A stretch of 64,000 nt of DNA from Minisyncoccia bacterium (GTDB lineage Bacteria > Patescibacteriota > Minisyncoccia > Phycocordibacterales > UBA918). A program made the position numbers and the translations under genes. The notes below the pieces were generated by a model. It saw nothing but the letters and a program-made list of their open reading frames with translations. It was not told where the DNA came from and searched no databases. The stretch is taken from positions 137,226-201,225 of the forward strand of contig JBKJIT010000004.1 of assembly GCA_046598345.1 (NCBI GenBank), given 5' to 3'. Shown one piece after another: positions 19,872-29,062 of this stretch (within the stretch, counting starts at the first letter, position 1; the number at the start of each line of letters is the position of its first letter).

Positions 19872-20945
19872 TTAAAATGCGATTGCAAGGAGGACGCCAA
19901 TAATCGCAAACACGAATCCGAGAATCCAGTAGCGCATGGTGACTTTTGCCCCGGGCCAACCGATCGCTTCAAAATGATGATGGAGTGGTGCAATATGAAA
20001 AATCTTTCGCTTAAAAAATTTCTTTGAAAAAATCTGAAGTACGTCAGAAAATACGGTGAGTACGAGAAGAATCCCAATAATAGGAAGTACTGAAACACCC
20101 TCCCCTCCCCCGATAGCATCGGTCATAAATGCCACAATGGTGAGCGACATGGTGAGCGCCATAATGCCCGTTTCTGTCATGTAGAAGCGTGCTGGAGGCA
20201 CATTAAACCAGAGAAAAGCCAAGATACCTCCAACCACTGTTGCGCAATATGCCGCGAGGTCAACTTGGTTTTGAAAGAGCGCAATTGCCGCGTACGCAGT
20301 GAAGATAAACATAAAAGTTCCACCTGAAAGTCCGTCGATACCGTCAATGACGCTCGATGCATAAATGGAAAGTGCGACGAGTAAAAAGAATGGAATGAAG
20401 TACGGTCCAAGGTCAATAAGTCCGTATCCAAAAAATGAAATCTCGTGCACATCAAGTTTTTCATAGAACCACCATGCGCTGAAAAGTGCAGTTACCCCCA
20501 CAACAATGAGGCGCTGTGAAAGTGGAAGCCCACCCGCAAAATGCTTTCCTGTACCACGGATAACGAGGAGATCGTCAAGAAACCCGACTGCTGCTCCGAT
20601 AATAAGTGCAGCTAGGGGGAGCAGTGTTTGTGAACGGCTGAGGAAATCAAGCTTTTCAAAAAAGGTCCCAGGAAAAAGTAGCTGTAAAGCCCAAATACAA
20701 AAAATAGTAATAAGCACACTTGCCCAGATCACAATTCCACCCATGCGTGGAGTGTTTGTGTCCTTTTCCTTGTGCAGCTCGTCAAAAATCGGTGTCTCCC
20801 CTCCTCCGTATCCTGCTCCTTTTCCTGCCTTCTTCTTCCACATCGTATTGGTGTAGAGATAGTGCGAGACAAAAGGAGTGATAATAATACCAACGAGAAA
20901 GGCTATGGCAGTGGGTGCAAAAACTTTGATGAGGGTAGCTTCCAT
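19872..20945 (-). CDS. mraY: Phospho-N-acetylmuramoyl-pentapeptide transferase
   Basis: TP.MGG, GFLDD, DGIDGL, WFN.PPA, APLHHHFE. Confidence 0.93.
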   Translation of the reverse strand: MEATLIKVFAPTAIAFLVGIIITPFVSHYLYTNTMWKKKAGKGAGYGGGETPIFDELHKEKDTNTPRMGGIVIWASVLITIFCIWALQLLFPGTFFEKLDFLSRSQTLLPLAALIIGAAVGFLDDLLVIRGTGKHFAGGLPLSQRLIVVGVTALFSAWWFYEKLDVHEISFFGYGLIDLGPYFIPFFLLVALSIYASSVIDGIDGLSGGTFMFIFTAYAAIALFQNQVDLAAYCATVVGGILAFLWFNVPPARFYMTETGIMALTMSLTIVAFMTDAIGGGEGVSVLPIIGILLVLTVFSDVLQIFSKKFFKRKIFHIAPLHHHFEAIGWPGAKVTMRYWILGFVFAIIGVLLAIAF

Positions 20946-20962
20946 ACAATGCTTAATAGTGA

Positions 20963-22003
20963 TTATTCTGCTTGAGCAACGTAGGCGCGCGCTCGTTCCG
21001 AAAGAAGGAGCGCGTCATCAAAGCGCCCACTTTCTGTTGAGCCGAGGACCGTCACAATTATGGGTCGATTGAGTCCAGCTTCAAACGCGATGACTAGATT
21101 ACCGCCAGCGAGCTCAGTGTACCCAGTCTTTGAGGCAAGAAGTCCGGTAATATCGCTTACGACTTCATTCGTATTTTTTACAATATGGTATGCACCGTCT
21201 TGGTTATTAATGGTTTTAAGCTCGGCGTTCGTGAGTGCAACGAGATCTGGGTATGTTGTAAGAATGTATTCCATGAGAAAGGCCATATCCCGTGCACTAC
21301 CATATGCACCCGCCTCCGTGGGCGAAAGATCAAGTCCGGTCACATTTTTAAAATGTGTTTGTGTAAGCCCGAGTTCGTCCGCCTTAATATTCATTGCTTC
21401 AACAAAGAGCGGTATGGGTTCATCGCTCATGAGAAGTGCATTTCCTGCAGCTGAGGAAAGTGCTCGCGCACCATCATTTGATGATTCAATAAGCATGAGA
21501 TCAGTGAGATCCCTCGCAGTAAATGATTCCCCGTCGGAGAACCCACTGTCCCCTGATTCCTGAATTGCGTCCACAGAAATGTCGACCTTTGCGTCCGTGT
21601 CAAGAAGTTCATGTGCGACGAGCGCCGTCATGAGTTTTGTGACAGATGCGAGTGGGAGTTTATCATCCCCATTCTTATTAAAGAGTACTCGCCCCCCCCG
21701 CACATCCCAGACAAATGCCGCTTCAGCTTGTAGTGTTACATCATTAAAAAACTGCGAAAGAGAAATAACTGCAGGTGCTCCAGATCCGCCAAGCGTTGCT
21801 TCGACACGCACGTCGTCTTTGGGGTCCTCATGTCGCATGAGTGCTGCAATGGTGCCTGTGTATGTAGAAATAAATACAATACCTAAGATACCGAGCGCTA
21901 CTCCGAGTTGGCGAAGCACAGGATAGTGTCCCTCAAGCGCATGAAGTTCCTCGATTCCTGCTTCAATGATTTCTGTGTTTGTTGCGCTTTCCTGCATACT
22001 CAC
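20963..22003 (-). CDS. D-alanyl-D-alanine carboxypeptidase (S11)
   Basis: SVTK (SxxK), SSN (SxN), KTG motifs; TM anchor. Confidence 0.9.
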   Translation of the reverse strand: MSMQESATNTEIIEAGIEELHALEGHYPVLRQLGVALGILGIVFISTYTGTIAALMRHEDPKDDVRVEATLGGSGAPAVISLSQFFNDVTLQAEAAFVWDVRGGRVLFNKNGDDKLPLASVTKLMTALVAHELLDTDAKVDISVDAIQESGDSGFSDGESFTARDLTDLMLIESSNDGARALSSAAGNALLMSDEPIPLFVEAMNIKADELGLTQTHFKNVTGLDLSPTEAGAYGSARDMAFLMEYILTTYPDLVALTNAELKTINNQDGAYHIVKNTNEVVSDITGLLASKTGYTELAGGNLVIAFEAGLNRPIIVTVLGSTESGRFDDALLLSERARAYVAQAE

Positions 22004-22011
22004 AATACTGT

Positions 22012-22569
22012 CTAATTCGTTAAGGTGGTTACCTGTTCTTCCTCGCGTTCTTTTTCAAAAGTATCCAGCGCATTCATGATGTCAGCAAATTGAGGTAACT
22101 CTTCTCGCTTCGTGATGCCGAGGTGTGTAAGAAGTTCAGTGGTGATCGCGTATGTAAATGACCGCTGGTCCTTTGGATTACTTCTCCGTTCTATGAGTCC
22201 TCGAATGAGTAAATTGCGCAGAATGAATGACGAATTTACTCCACGCACGCTATCGATTTCCGCACGGCTCACCGGACCACGATAGAGAATTATCGCAAGT
22301 GTCTCTGCACCCGCTTTTCCAATATCGCGCTTCAGGTCATCCTTCCGGAGTTTTTCTATAGTGTCGGCGATGTCCGGTGATGTCACTAGTTCTACTTCTG
22401 TGTCAGTTCGGACAAGTCGAGTGCCGCCGGACTGAAGTTCTGACTCCAGTGTAACAATGGCACTTTTAATTTCCTCCTCGGCCACTTCAAAAAACCGCGC
22501 AAGCTCAGTTAAAGTCATGGGTTCAGCTTTATAAAAGAGAACCCCGTGAATGTGCTGCTTTAGGTCCAT
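22012..22569 (-). CDS. scpB: SMC-Scp complex subunit ScpB
   Basis: ETLAIILY..P..RAEI..VRGVNS. Confidence 0.93.
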   Translation of the reverse strand: MDLKQHIHGVLFYKAEPMTLTELARFFEVAEEEIKSAIVTLESELQSGGTRLVRTDTEVELVTSPDIADTIEKLRKDDLKRDIGKAGAETLAIILYRGPVSRAEIDSVRGVNSSFILRNLLIRGLIERRSNPKDQRSFTYAITTELLTHLGITKREELPQFADIMNALDTFEKEREEEQVTTLTN

Positions 22570-22644
22570 TCAGTCAGTATAGCAATAAAGGCGCCCTAGT
22601 ACCTCCCTCCCCTGTCTATAAGGATTTAAGCCATTTTTCTGTAA

Positions 22645-23397
22645 TTAGTGATATTTTGGAGCACTAATGGCATCGCGCTCTATCTCGATGTCCGCAAAGT
22701 GTCCGGCTTGGTTAACCAGCACACTTCCCTGCTTCACCATCTCGAGCACTGCAAGGAATCCCACAATGAGTGTGGTACGCACTGATGCGTTTCCTGTGAA
22801 CTCCTTGAATGTAAATTTGAGTTGTCGTTCAACACGCTCGTGAAGACGGTCAATCATTTCTTCTAGGGACACGACTTTCCTCACCTGCACTTTTGGTTTT
22901 TCCACTTTCTTTGGAAGACGTGTAATAACTTCTTGAAGCGCACTCTGAAGAGCGGGTATCGTCGTAAAACTATCAGTCATAAAAAGGGGTGTCTCGTCGA
23001 GCACAAATGTGCGTGCTTGGAGGACTTGCTTCCCAAAAATCTGCTCAATCATGCGTCCGGCATTTCTGTAGATTTGGTATTTTCGAAGCCGTTCTTCGAG
23101 ATGCTCAATATTTTCTTCCTCTGCGTCGGTAAGTTCAAGTACCGGGAGGAGCGATTTTGATTTGATAAGAAGAAGTGTGGAAGCAAGCACAATAAAATCC
23201 GCCGTCTCACGGAGCATGCTTCGCTCCATGACCGCCACATACTGCATGTACTCGTCTGTTACCGCTGCGATAGAAATATCATTAACAAGAAGCTTTCGTT
23301 TCTCAATAAGATCAATGAGCAAATCTAACGGCCCCGAGTACACTTCGGTATTGATAGAGAATATGGTTGTCCTGTTGATCTCTGCTACTTCTGGCAT
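22645..23397 (-). CDS. scpA: Segregation/condensation protein ScpA
   Basis: Y.GPLDLL..LI, LL.IKS..LLP, FLA.LE. Confidence 0.92.
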   Translation of the reverse strand: MPEVAEINRTTIFSINTEVYSGPLDLLIDLIEKRKLLVNDISIAAVTDEYMQYVAVMERSMLRETADFIVLASTLLLIKSKSLLPVLELTDAEEENIEHLEERLRKYQIYRNAGRMIEQIFGKQVLQARTFVLDETPLFMTDSFTTIPALQSALQEVITRLPKKVEKPKVQVRKVVSLEEMIDRLHERVERQLKFTFKEFTGNASVRTTLIVGFLAVLEMVKQGSVLVNQAGHFADIEIERDAISAPKYH

Positions 23398-23452
23398 GCA
23401 CTCATTATACATCCCGACACAACCACATAGCACATTCTAGATGCTATACATA

Positions 23453-23488
23453 AAATAAAAGCACCTGGTCTGGTGCTTTTACTTTTTT
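23453..23488 (-). terminator. Rho-independent terminator downstream of the small ORF
   Basis: AAAAGCACC-tggtct-GGTGCTTTT. Confidence 0.65.
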
Positions 23489-23500
23489 AAATAGTTACGG

Positions 23501-23605
23501 TTACTGTCCTTTCTTTTGTGGGTTTCCTGAGGAAGTCTGATTCCCTTCTTTCTTTTGCGGATTATTTGATTGTCCTGGATTTGTTCCTGACTTTTTATCT
23601 TCCAT
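23501..23605 (-). CDS. Small hydrophilic protein, 34 aa (MEDKKSGTNPGQSNNPQKKEGNQTSSGNPQKKGQ)
   Basis: ATG-TAA ORF with an internal NPQKK repeat, immediately followed by a terminator. Confidence 0.55.
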   Translation of the reverse strand: MEDKKSGTNPGQSNNPQKKEGNQTSSGNPQKKGQ

Positions 23606-23739
23606 ATATCTTACAAATTAATTACTAAACCTCGGCCTCCCCAGTATGCCTAAAGAGACATTAAGTAATGATGAAGCTTGATGAAATTATCATAAGTATA
23701 AGAAAGGGCGCTCACTTAGACCTTCAGTTTTTATATTAG

Positions 23740-23960
23740 TTACCAGCAAAACTCCGAATATATGACACCAGCGTAGGCTCGTTCAATTGCTTGTTTAATA
23801 TACGGAATAGTATTTTCTGGAAGAGTATTGATGGGAAACCATTGTAAGTCATCACACTTGTTTGGCTCCATCCTAATTATTTCTCCTCAAAAGAAGAATA
23901 TTGTCCTCTTTTCTAAAGAGTAAATATAGCGAAGGTATAAGTAACGGTCTTAATACAGGA
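23740..23960 (-). pseudogene. NUDIX hydrolase remnant with internal deletion
   Basis: N-terminal-like IPSLYLLFRKEDNILLLRR joined out of frame to C-terminal-like GEIIRMEPNKCDDLQWFPINTLPENTIPYIKQAIE...YSEFCW*; Nudix box absent. Confidence 0.65.
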
Positions 23961-23962
23961 AA

Positions 23963-24460
23963 TTATATTTGTATTTTAAAGTATCTTTGATGCCCGTATT
24001 CTGATTCCTGCTCGTAGGTCCCCACTATTCTCTCTGCGTAATTTTTTGCGATCTTGTCCGCGTAGCCATTTCCTGTAGCAGCATGACGCGTTAGGAATTT
24101 GTACCCACGTTTGCGTGCTTCGTGTTCAAGTATATCCATAAGTTTGGCCACATATCCCTTGCCTTGCTCATCAGGCTGGATCTCAGTCGTGTCTATGTAC
24201 GCAGCATCTGGTACTGATTCATCAGGAATTGTATACGTAAAACCAACAATTTTCTCACCCTTCTTAAGTAGTAAGACGATATTCTCTGCGTTCTCAAAAT
24301 TTTTCTTAAGGTATTCTGTTTCAAAGCTCTTTCCTGGAAAGCACAATTCTTCCAATTCAAGGATTTCTTTTTCAACAGTCTCCCACGTTTGAAATGAGGG
24401 ATCAAAAAAAGTTACACTCACTTCTGGCGTTGGCTCATAAGAATTTGGACTTTCATTCAT
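23963..24460 (-). CDS. GNAT family N-acetyltransferase
   Basis: IVGF, QPDEQGKGY (Q/RxxGxG acetyl-CoA motif). Confidence 0.85.
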   Translation of the reverse strand: MNESPNSYEPTPEVSVTFFDPSFQTWETVEKEILELEELCFPGKSFETEYLKKNFENAENIVLLLKKGEKIVGFTYTIPDESVPDAAYIDTTEIQPDEQGKGYVAKLMDILEHEARKRGYKFLTRHAATGNGYADKIAKNYAERIVGTYEQESEYGHQRYFKIQI

Positions 24461-24506
24461 ACAAAAAGTATACCAGGATAATTCGAGGTAGGCGTGGTGT
24501 AAGCTT

Positions 24507-24893
24507 CTATTCCTGTATGATGGATAAAATGTTGCTCGCAGGATCTTTAAACCAAGCGATGTCAGGACCGTTGCCACTTGCTTTGCCACGATAAATTCCC
24601 TTTTCGTCTGCTGTCATCACTGTATTATCATAGCGCTCTAGTAGGATTCCTTTGGACTTTAATATGTCTGTACTTTCATTAATATCGTCAACAATAAAGT
24701 TTAGAACCGTGAAGGTTGCGGGAGTGTGGTCGTCTTTTTGGTACAAAAACACAGAGTGACCATTTGACCATTTAATGTTGAGTCCTTCCTTCGTCTTAGA
24801 TACAGAAAGACCCAAAACGGCTGTGTAGAAGTTTAAGGATGTGTCTAGATCATTGACTGAGTAACTGCTAAATACTGAATTATTTTTAAACAT
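24507..24893 (-). CDS. VOC / glyoxalase family protein
   Basis: V.DL...NFY..VLG, LNF.VDDI, IAWFKDP..NIL. Confidence 0.9.
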   Translation of the reverse strand: MFKNNSVFSSYSVNDLDTSLNFYTAVLGLSVSKTKEGLNIKWSNGHSVFLYQKDDHTPATFTVLNFIVDDINESTDILKSKGILLERYDNTVMTADEKGIYRGKASGNGPDIAWFKDPASNILSIIQE

Positions 24894-25123
24894 ACGTCAT
24901 ACTAGCATCCACTTAGTGAAGCTGACGTGAGTTATGAGAAAGCGTCAAGATGTTAGAGTAAAATTTCATTTAGTTGAATAGTCCCTAATAGATTTTTTGC
25001 GTTTGCGGAGAGCGATCCAGTTTGTTCCATTTTGCAAGCTAAGAAAATCTAATCGCATCAAATTTACTTTATTGAAGTAACGGAATCTCTTTCAAAAAAA
25101 TCTTCTGCTGCCGAGTTTTCTTA

Positions 25124-25360
25124 CTATTTTCGAGTACCGTCACGTTTAAAGAATGTCCATACGTAGTATTTTTCAACTTTCTCTCGTGCCCATGGCGTTT
25201 TGCGCAAAAAAGTGAGACTTGAATGTGTACTTGGCGTTTCTATAAAGCACTTAATTTTTATTTTCTTCCCCAGCTCATCCCAGCCATACTGAGCCACCAG
25301 TTCTTCAATAATGGTTTTCAGCGTGACTCCATGTAACGGGTTATTTTTCTGTGGTGTCAT
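25124..25360 (-). CDS. VF530/DUF2132 family putative DNA-binding protein
   Basis: NNPLHGVTL..I...LV..YGW..L, SSL.FLRKTPWAREKVE. Confidence 0.9.
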   Translation of the reverse strand: MTPQKNNPLHGVTLKTIIEELVAQYGWDELGKKIKIKCFIETPSTHSSLTFLRKTPWAREKVEKYYVWTFFKRDGTRK

Positions 25361-25398
25361 TGAGATGTATATGTGTTCCTAAAGTATTGTCGGATATA

Positions 25399-25896
25399 TT
25401 AACGCAATGTACTTAAGAACGTGTTAAGTTCATTTGGTGATTTAAATCTCTTTACATGTGTGGCGCCACTCTCTGCTAATGCACCTTCGATTCTCGGTCG
25501 CTCTCCACGAGTTAGGACAAGCCAAAGAAAACTCCAACTAAATTTTTCTTGAGCATCCTCATGTAGTTCTGGTCTGCTCTTTTTACGATGCTGCACCCAG
25601 CGCTTAACGAGTTGAAGTGCACAACGAACACCTGAGTAGTCGAGGTATAACACTATATCAGCAGCCTTAAGCCGATCTGACATTTTCTCGTCTACATATC
25701 CTTCAATAATCCATTCGTCTTTTTTAATCAATTCAGCATGTGTTTTGAGGTATTCAGCTTCTGGTATTTCCTCCCAGTTCCCTTTCCAAAAAAGCTGGTC
25801 CATATGAAAAAGTGGCAATCCAGTTTTCTCAGCAATGGTTCTTGAAATTGTACTTTTCCCAGAAGCACTTATTCCGGCGATAGCGATTTTTTTCAT
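25399..25896 (-). CDS. P-loop NMP-kinase-like protein (FlaR / topology modulation family)
   Basis: G.SASGKST Walker A, H.D.LFW...W, WIIEG. Confidence 0.85.
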   Translation of the reverse strand: MKKIAIAGISASGKSTISRTIAEKTGLPLFHMDQLFWKGNWEEIPEAEYLKTHAELIKKDEWIIEGYVDEKMSDRLKAADIVLYLDYSGVRCALQLVKRWVQHRKKSRPELHEDAQEKFSWSFLWLVLTRGERPRIEGALAESGATHVKRFKSPNELNTFLSTLR

Positions 25897-25897
25897 T

Positions 25898-26014
25898 TCA
25901 ACTTTCTAACAAATCTTGGGTAATCCCACGACCTGAAGCTTCTTCCCTAAGTTTTTCACCTGTTAATTCACTTTGTATCGCCAATAATCTTTTTTCTATT
26001 TCGTTTTTTCTCAT
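25898..26014 (-). CDS. Possible small protein, 38 aa (MRKNEIEKRLLAIQSELTGEKLREEASGRGITQDLLES)
   Basis: Fills the pepA to FlaR-like gap exactly (3 nt after the pepA stop, 1 nt before the next ATG); helical, charged composition. Confidence 0.45.
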   Translation of the reverse strand: MRKNEIEKRLLAIQSELTGEKLREEASGRGITQDLLES

Positions 26015-26017
26015 GCA

Positions 26018-27457
26018 TTAGAACTTCTCCACAATGGTCACGAGGAGGCGGACAGGTTCTCCAGTTGCACCCTTCGCAAGTTTGTCTGATGCGACCGAGG
26101 TCATGCGAGGAGCCATGTCGATATGTACCCAATTCATTCCTTTTGCAAAGTGTGCGAGGAATGTACCTGCATTTATCGTGCCTCCGTACTTTGAATCACC
26201 AGCAGGAATGTTAGAGATGTCGCCGTGCACACCTTTGATATACGGCGCGTATTCATCCCAGAGTGGAAGCGGAAACACATAATCGCCGCTCTCTTCACCG
26301 AGATCTCGGAACCTATCTTCTAACGCACGATCTTTGGTCATGATGACGCTCGCGTGTTGGCCTATTGCGACGAGTGCTGCACCGGTGAGTGTTGCAACAT
26401 CGACGACGAGTTTTGGATTGTAGCGCTTCGCGTAGTGGAGCGCGTCAGCGAGGATGAGTCTTCCCTCTGCGTCGGTGTGAAGGACGTCTACTGTTGTGCC
26501 AGACATCATTGTAAGCACATCTCCCGGACGCATCGCGCTACCTGAAATTGCATTTTCTGCTGCGGGGATAAGCCCGATCACATTTTTCTTAAGCCCGCGT
26601 TTCGCAATCGCCGCAATCGCTCCGATCACCGCTGCGCCACCAGACATATCCATGTGCATTTCATACATCGCCATCCCAGGTTTTATTTGGAGTCCGCCCG
26701 TGTCGAACGTGATGCCTTTACCGACAAACACAACGGGGTTGTGTTTGTCACTGGTTGTTTTTCTTTGTGCGCCTTTAGCCGCTTTTGTTTTTGTCGTCTT
26801 TGGCTTTCCTAATCCCCAGTATTCAATAACGATAAAACGGGGCGTATCTATTGCTCCCTTCCCTACCCCTAAAACACCCCCCATACCAAGCTTTTCTATG
26901 GCTTTCTCATCAAGTACCGAAACCGTGGCCTTTGTGCCTTTAAGAGCCCTTTTTGCTGCTTCCCCGAGGCCTTTTGGTGTCATGTCGCCTCCAGGAGTAT
27001 TGGCGATGTCCCTTGCTGCGTTAGCCGCCCGGGCATTAACCTCCCCTGCCTCGAAACCAGCCTTAGCCTCAGCACTTCCACTCCCGACGACAACCACTTC
27101 ACTCAGAATTTCTTTTGGTGCCGTACTCTTGTATGCGTTAAATTCGTAGTCTGCGAGTACTACGTTTTCCGCAATGGTTCGGTACGCCCATGCTTCTCCA
27201 TAGGTAGCGAGCCCTGTGTACAGTTCTGACTTAAACTCAAATGCGAGTTTTTGTATTTTGTACTTTTTTGCAGTTTGTACCATTTCACGAATAAGCGTTC
27301 GAAATGTTCGTGGAGTTATCTTTTCGAGCTTTCCAATTTTAAGGTTGAGGAATGTCTTACCGTCTGTTTCCACAAAACGTTCAACTTCTGCTTCACCAAT
27401 TCGCGTGTACGCTCCCGGAAGTGAGTCTATTGATTTATTCGTTAGTTTTATCTGCAT
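26018..27457 (-). CDS. pepA: Leucyl aminopeptidase (M17)
   Basis: GKGITFDTGG, DMSG.AAV, HTDAEGRL.LAD, ATLTGA. Confidence 0.95.
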   Translation of the reverse strand: MQIKLTNKSIDSLPGAYTRIGEAEVERFVETDGKTFLNLKIGKLEKITPRTFRTLIREMVQTAKKYKIQKLAFEFKSELYTGLATYGEAWAYRTIAENVVLADYEFNAYKSTAPKEILSEVVVVGSGSAEAKAGFEAGEVNARAANAARDIANTPGGDMTPKGLGEAAKRALKGTKATVSVLDEKAIEKLGMGGVLGVGKGAIDTPRFIVIEYWGLGKPKTTKTKAAKGAQRKTTSDKHNPVVFVGKGITFDTGGLQIKPGMAMYEMHMDMSGGAAVIGAIAAIAKRGLKKNVIGLIPAAENAISGSAMRPGDVLTMMSGTTVDVLHTDAEGRLILADALHYAKRYNPKLVVDVATLTGAALVAIGQHASVIMTKDRALEDRFRDLGEESGDYVFPLPLWDEYAPYIKGVHGDISNIPAGDSKYGGTINAGTFLAHFAKGMNWVHIDMAPRMTSVASDKLAKGATGEPVRLLVTIVEKF

Positions 27458-28799
27458 TGGTTTCTGGATTAGCGAGTAAGGCATCGATGCGGTTCATATC
27501 GCGTGGGAAGAGGGTCGCTTCTCGAATATTTTTGAGTCCAAGAATTTGCATGGTCATTCGTTCTGCACCAAACGCAAATCCTCCTTCAGGTGGTACGCCA
27601 TATTTGAATGCTTCGAGGAACATTGAAATAGTACTTGGATCCATGTTCCATTTCTCAACGTGATCAAGCAGCTGCGCATAGTCGTTAATGCGGCGACCAC
27701 CTGAGAGCCACTCAATGCCACGACATAGCAAGTCCATACCTTCATTGAACTCTGGCTTTTCTGGGTTTGGATAGATATAAAAAGGTTTCTGTCGCGTAGG
27801 GTACCCATACACATACACAAAGTCTGATCCTGTTTCCTCCTTCACGATTTCACAAATTGCCCGCTCATCTTCCGGACTCAAATCTTTCTCTCCTCGACCA
27901 TCTCGGCCTTTCTTGTTAAAAATCATTTCTTGAGCTTCAGTAAGGGAGAATGTTGGGGTTTTTTCAATCATTACAGGAAGTGTCGCTCCGAGAAACGCGA
28001 GTTCTTTTGCGCACTTGCTTTCTACTGACTCAAGAATGAACCGCACTGTTTCTTCAGACATCATGCGGACGTCTTCCCAAGATTCAATGAAGGCCATTTC
28101 CGCGTCGAGGGAAACAATTTCAGTGATGTGGCGTGTCGTCGCGCTCGGTTCTGCACGAAACACTTTGTTTACGGAAAAAACGCGCTCAAACGCTGTCATG
28201 ACGATTTGTTTGTAGAGTTGTGGGGATTGTGACAAATAAGCCTTCTTGTCGAAGTAGTTTACTTGGAATACCTCAGCACCTCCTTCTGCAGTTGCTGGCA
28301 CGATGGAGGGTGCTTGGAATTCTAAAAATTCCTGACTCTTCATGTATTCCCGGAATGAATCAATGATGACCGCTTGTACTTTGAAAATGGCTTGCAGGCG
28401 TGGATGTCTGAGTGTAAGCGCACGGTGATCGAGCTCGGTCGTGAGATCGAGATTGTATCCTTCAGCAGACATGTCGAACGGAAGCGCCTCTGCTTTGGCG
28501 AGAATTTCAATCCTGGTAATTTCGAGTTCGATGTCTCCGTTTTTTACCTTCGCGTTCACCATCTTTTCTGGCCGTGCATGCACAATGCCGGTTACGGAAA
28601 CAACCCACTCTTGCTTGAGTTCTTGTGCAACGGTAAGTAGTTCGGGTTTTCCAAACACGACTCCTTGTACTTTCCCAGTGCGGTCGCGAAAATCAAAGAA
28701 GGCAACCTTACCCTGATTGCGTGCAACATCAACCCAGCCTTTAATCGTGACTTCTTTTTCTACGCTATTCTTCAGATCTCGTATAAGTGTTCTTTCCAT
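27435..28799 (-). CDS. aspS: Aspartate--tRNA ligase, short archaeal/ND-like type
   Basis: OB anticodon domain; SQSPQLYKQ, FRAE, RH, GVPP.GG...G.ER, LFPRD; 454 aa without the bacterial GAD insertion. Confidence 0.9.
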   Translation of the reverse strand: MERTLIRDLKNSVEKEVTIKGWVDVARNQGKVAFFDFRDRTGKVQGVVFGKPELLTVAQELKQEWVVSVTGIVHARPEKMVNAKVKNGDIELEITRIEILAKAEALPFDMSAEGYNLDLTTELDHRALTLRHPRLQAIFKVQAVIIDSFREYMKSQEFLEFQAPSIVPATAEGGAEVFQVNYFDKKAYLSQSPQLYKQIVMTAFERVFSVNKVFRAEPSATTRHITEIVSLDAEMAFIESWEDVRMMSEETVRFILESVESKCAKELAFLGATLPVMIEKTPTFSLTEAQEMIFNKKGRDGRGEKDLSPEDERAICEIVKEETGSDFVYVYGYPTRQKPFYIYPNPEKPEFNEGMDLLCRGIEWLSGGRRINDYAQLLDHVEKWNMDPSTISMFLEAFKYGVPPEGGFAFGAERMTMQILGLKNIREATLFPRDMNRIDALLANPETNADKTNE

Positions 28800-28809
28800 A
28801 GTGATTAGT

Positions 28810-29025
28810 TAGAAACGGAAACCGCCCCTATATTATTAGCCAATAATATAGGGGCGGTTGGTGTACCGCGGTGCCACCCTATTTCCCGCCAGCTGGCGGA
28901 CGCTCATTTAGTTCCCTCACCTTACAGGTGCTGTTTGGGTTGTATGATATTTCTCATCGAAATATCGACAACCTCTTGCGCTGCTTCCGCAGCTCACCTC
29001 AGCAGGTGTCAGCTGCGTCTTTGGT
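28810..29025 (-). ncRNA. T-box riboswitch leader of aspS with intrinsic terminator
   Basis: Minus strand AAATAGGGTGGCACCGCG at 28884-28867 matches the T-box consensus; downstream 18-bp terminator stem at 28820-28859; upstream stem-I-like fold. Confidence 0.85.
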
Positions 29026-29032
29026 TACTATG

Positions 29033-29061
29033 ATTCTATAAGGATTGTTAGGAATGGTCAA
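29033..29061 (-). promoter_or_regulatory. Sigma70 promoter for the T-box/aspS transcript
   Basis: TTGACC-N17-TAGAAT on the minus strand. Confidence 0.7.
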
Positions 29062-29062
29062 T

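Noticed and set aside
24900-25120. Possible gene remnant (MEQTGSLSANAKNLLGTIQLNEILL) between the VF530 and VOC genes
   Set aside because: Too short and too weakly similar to anything I can name to support a call.
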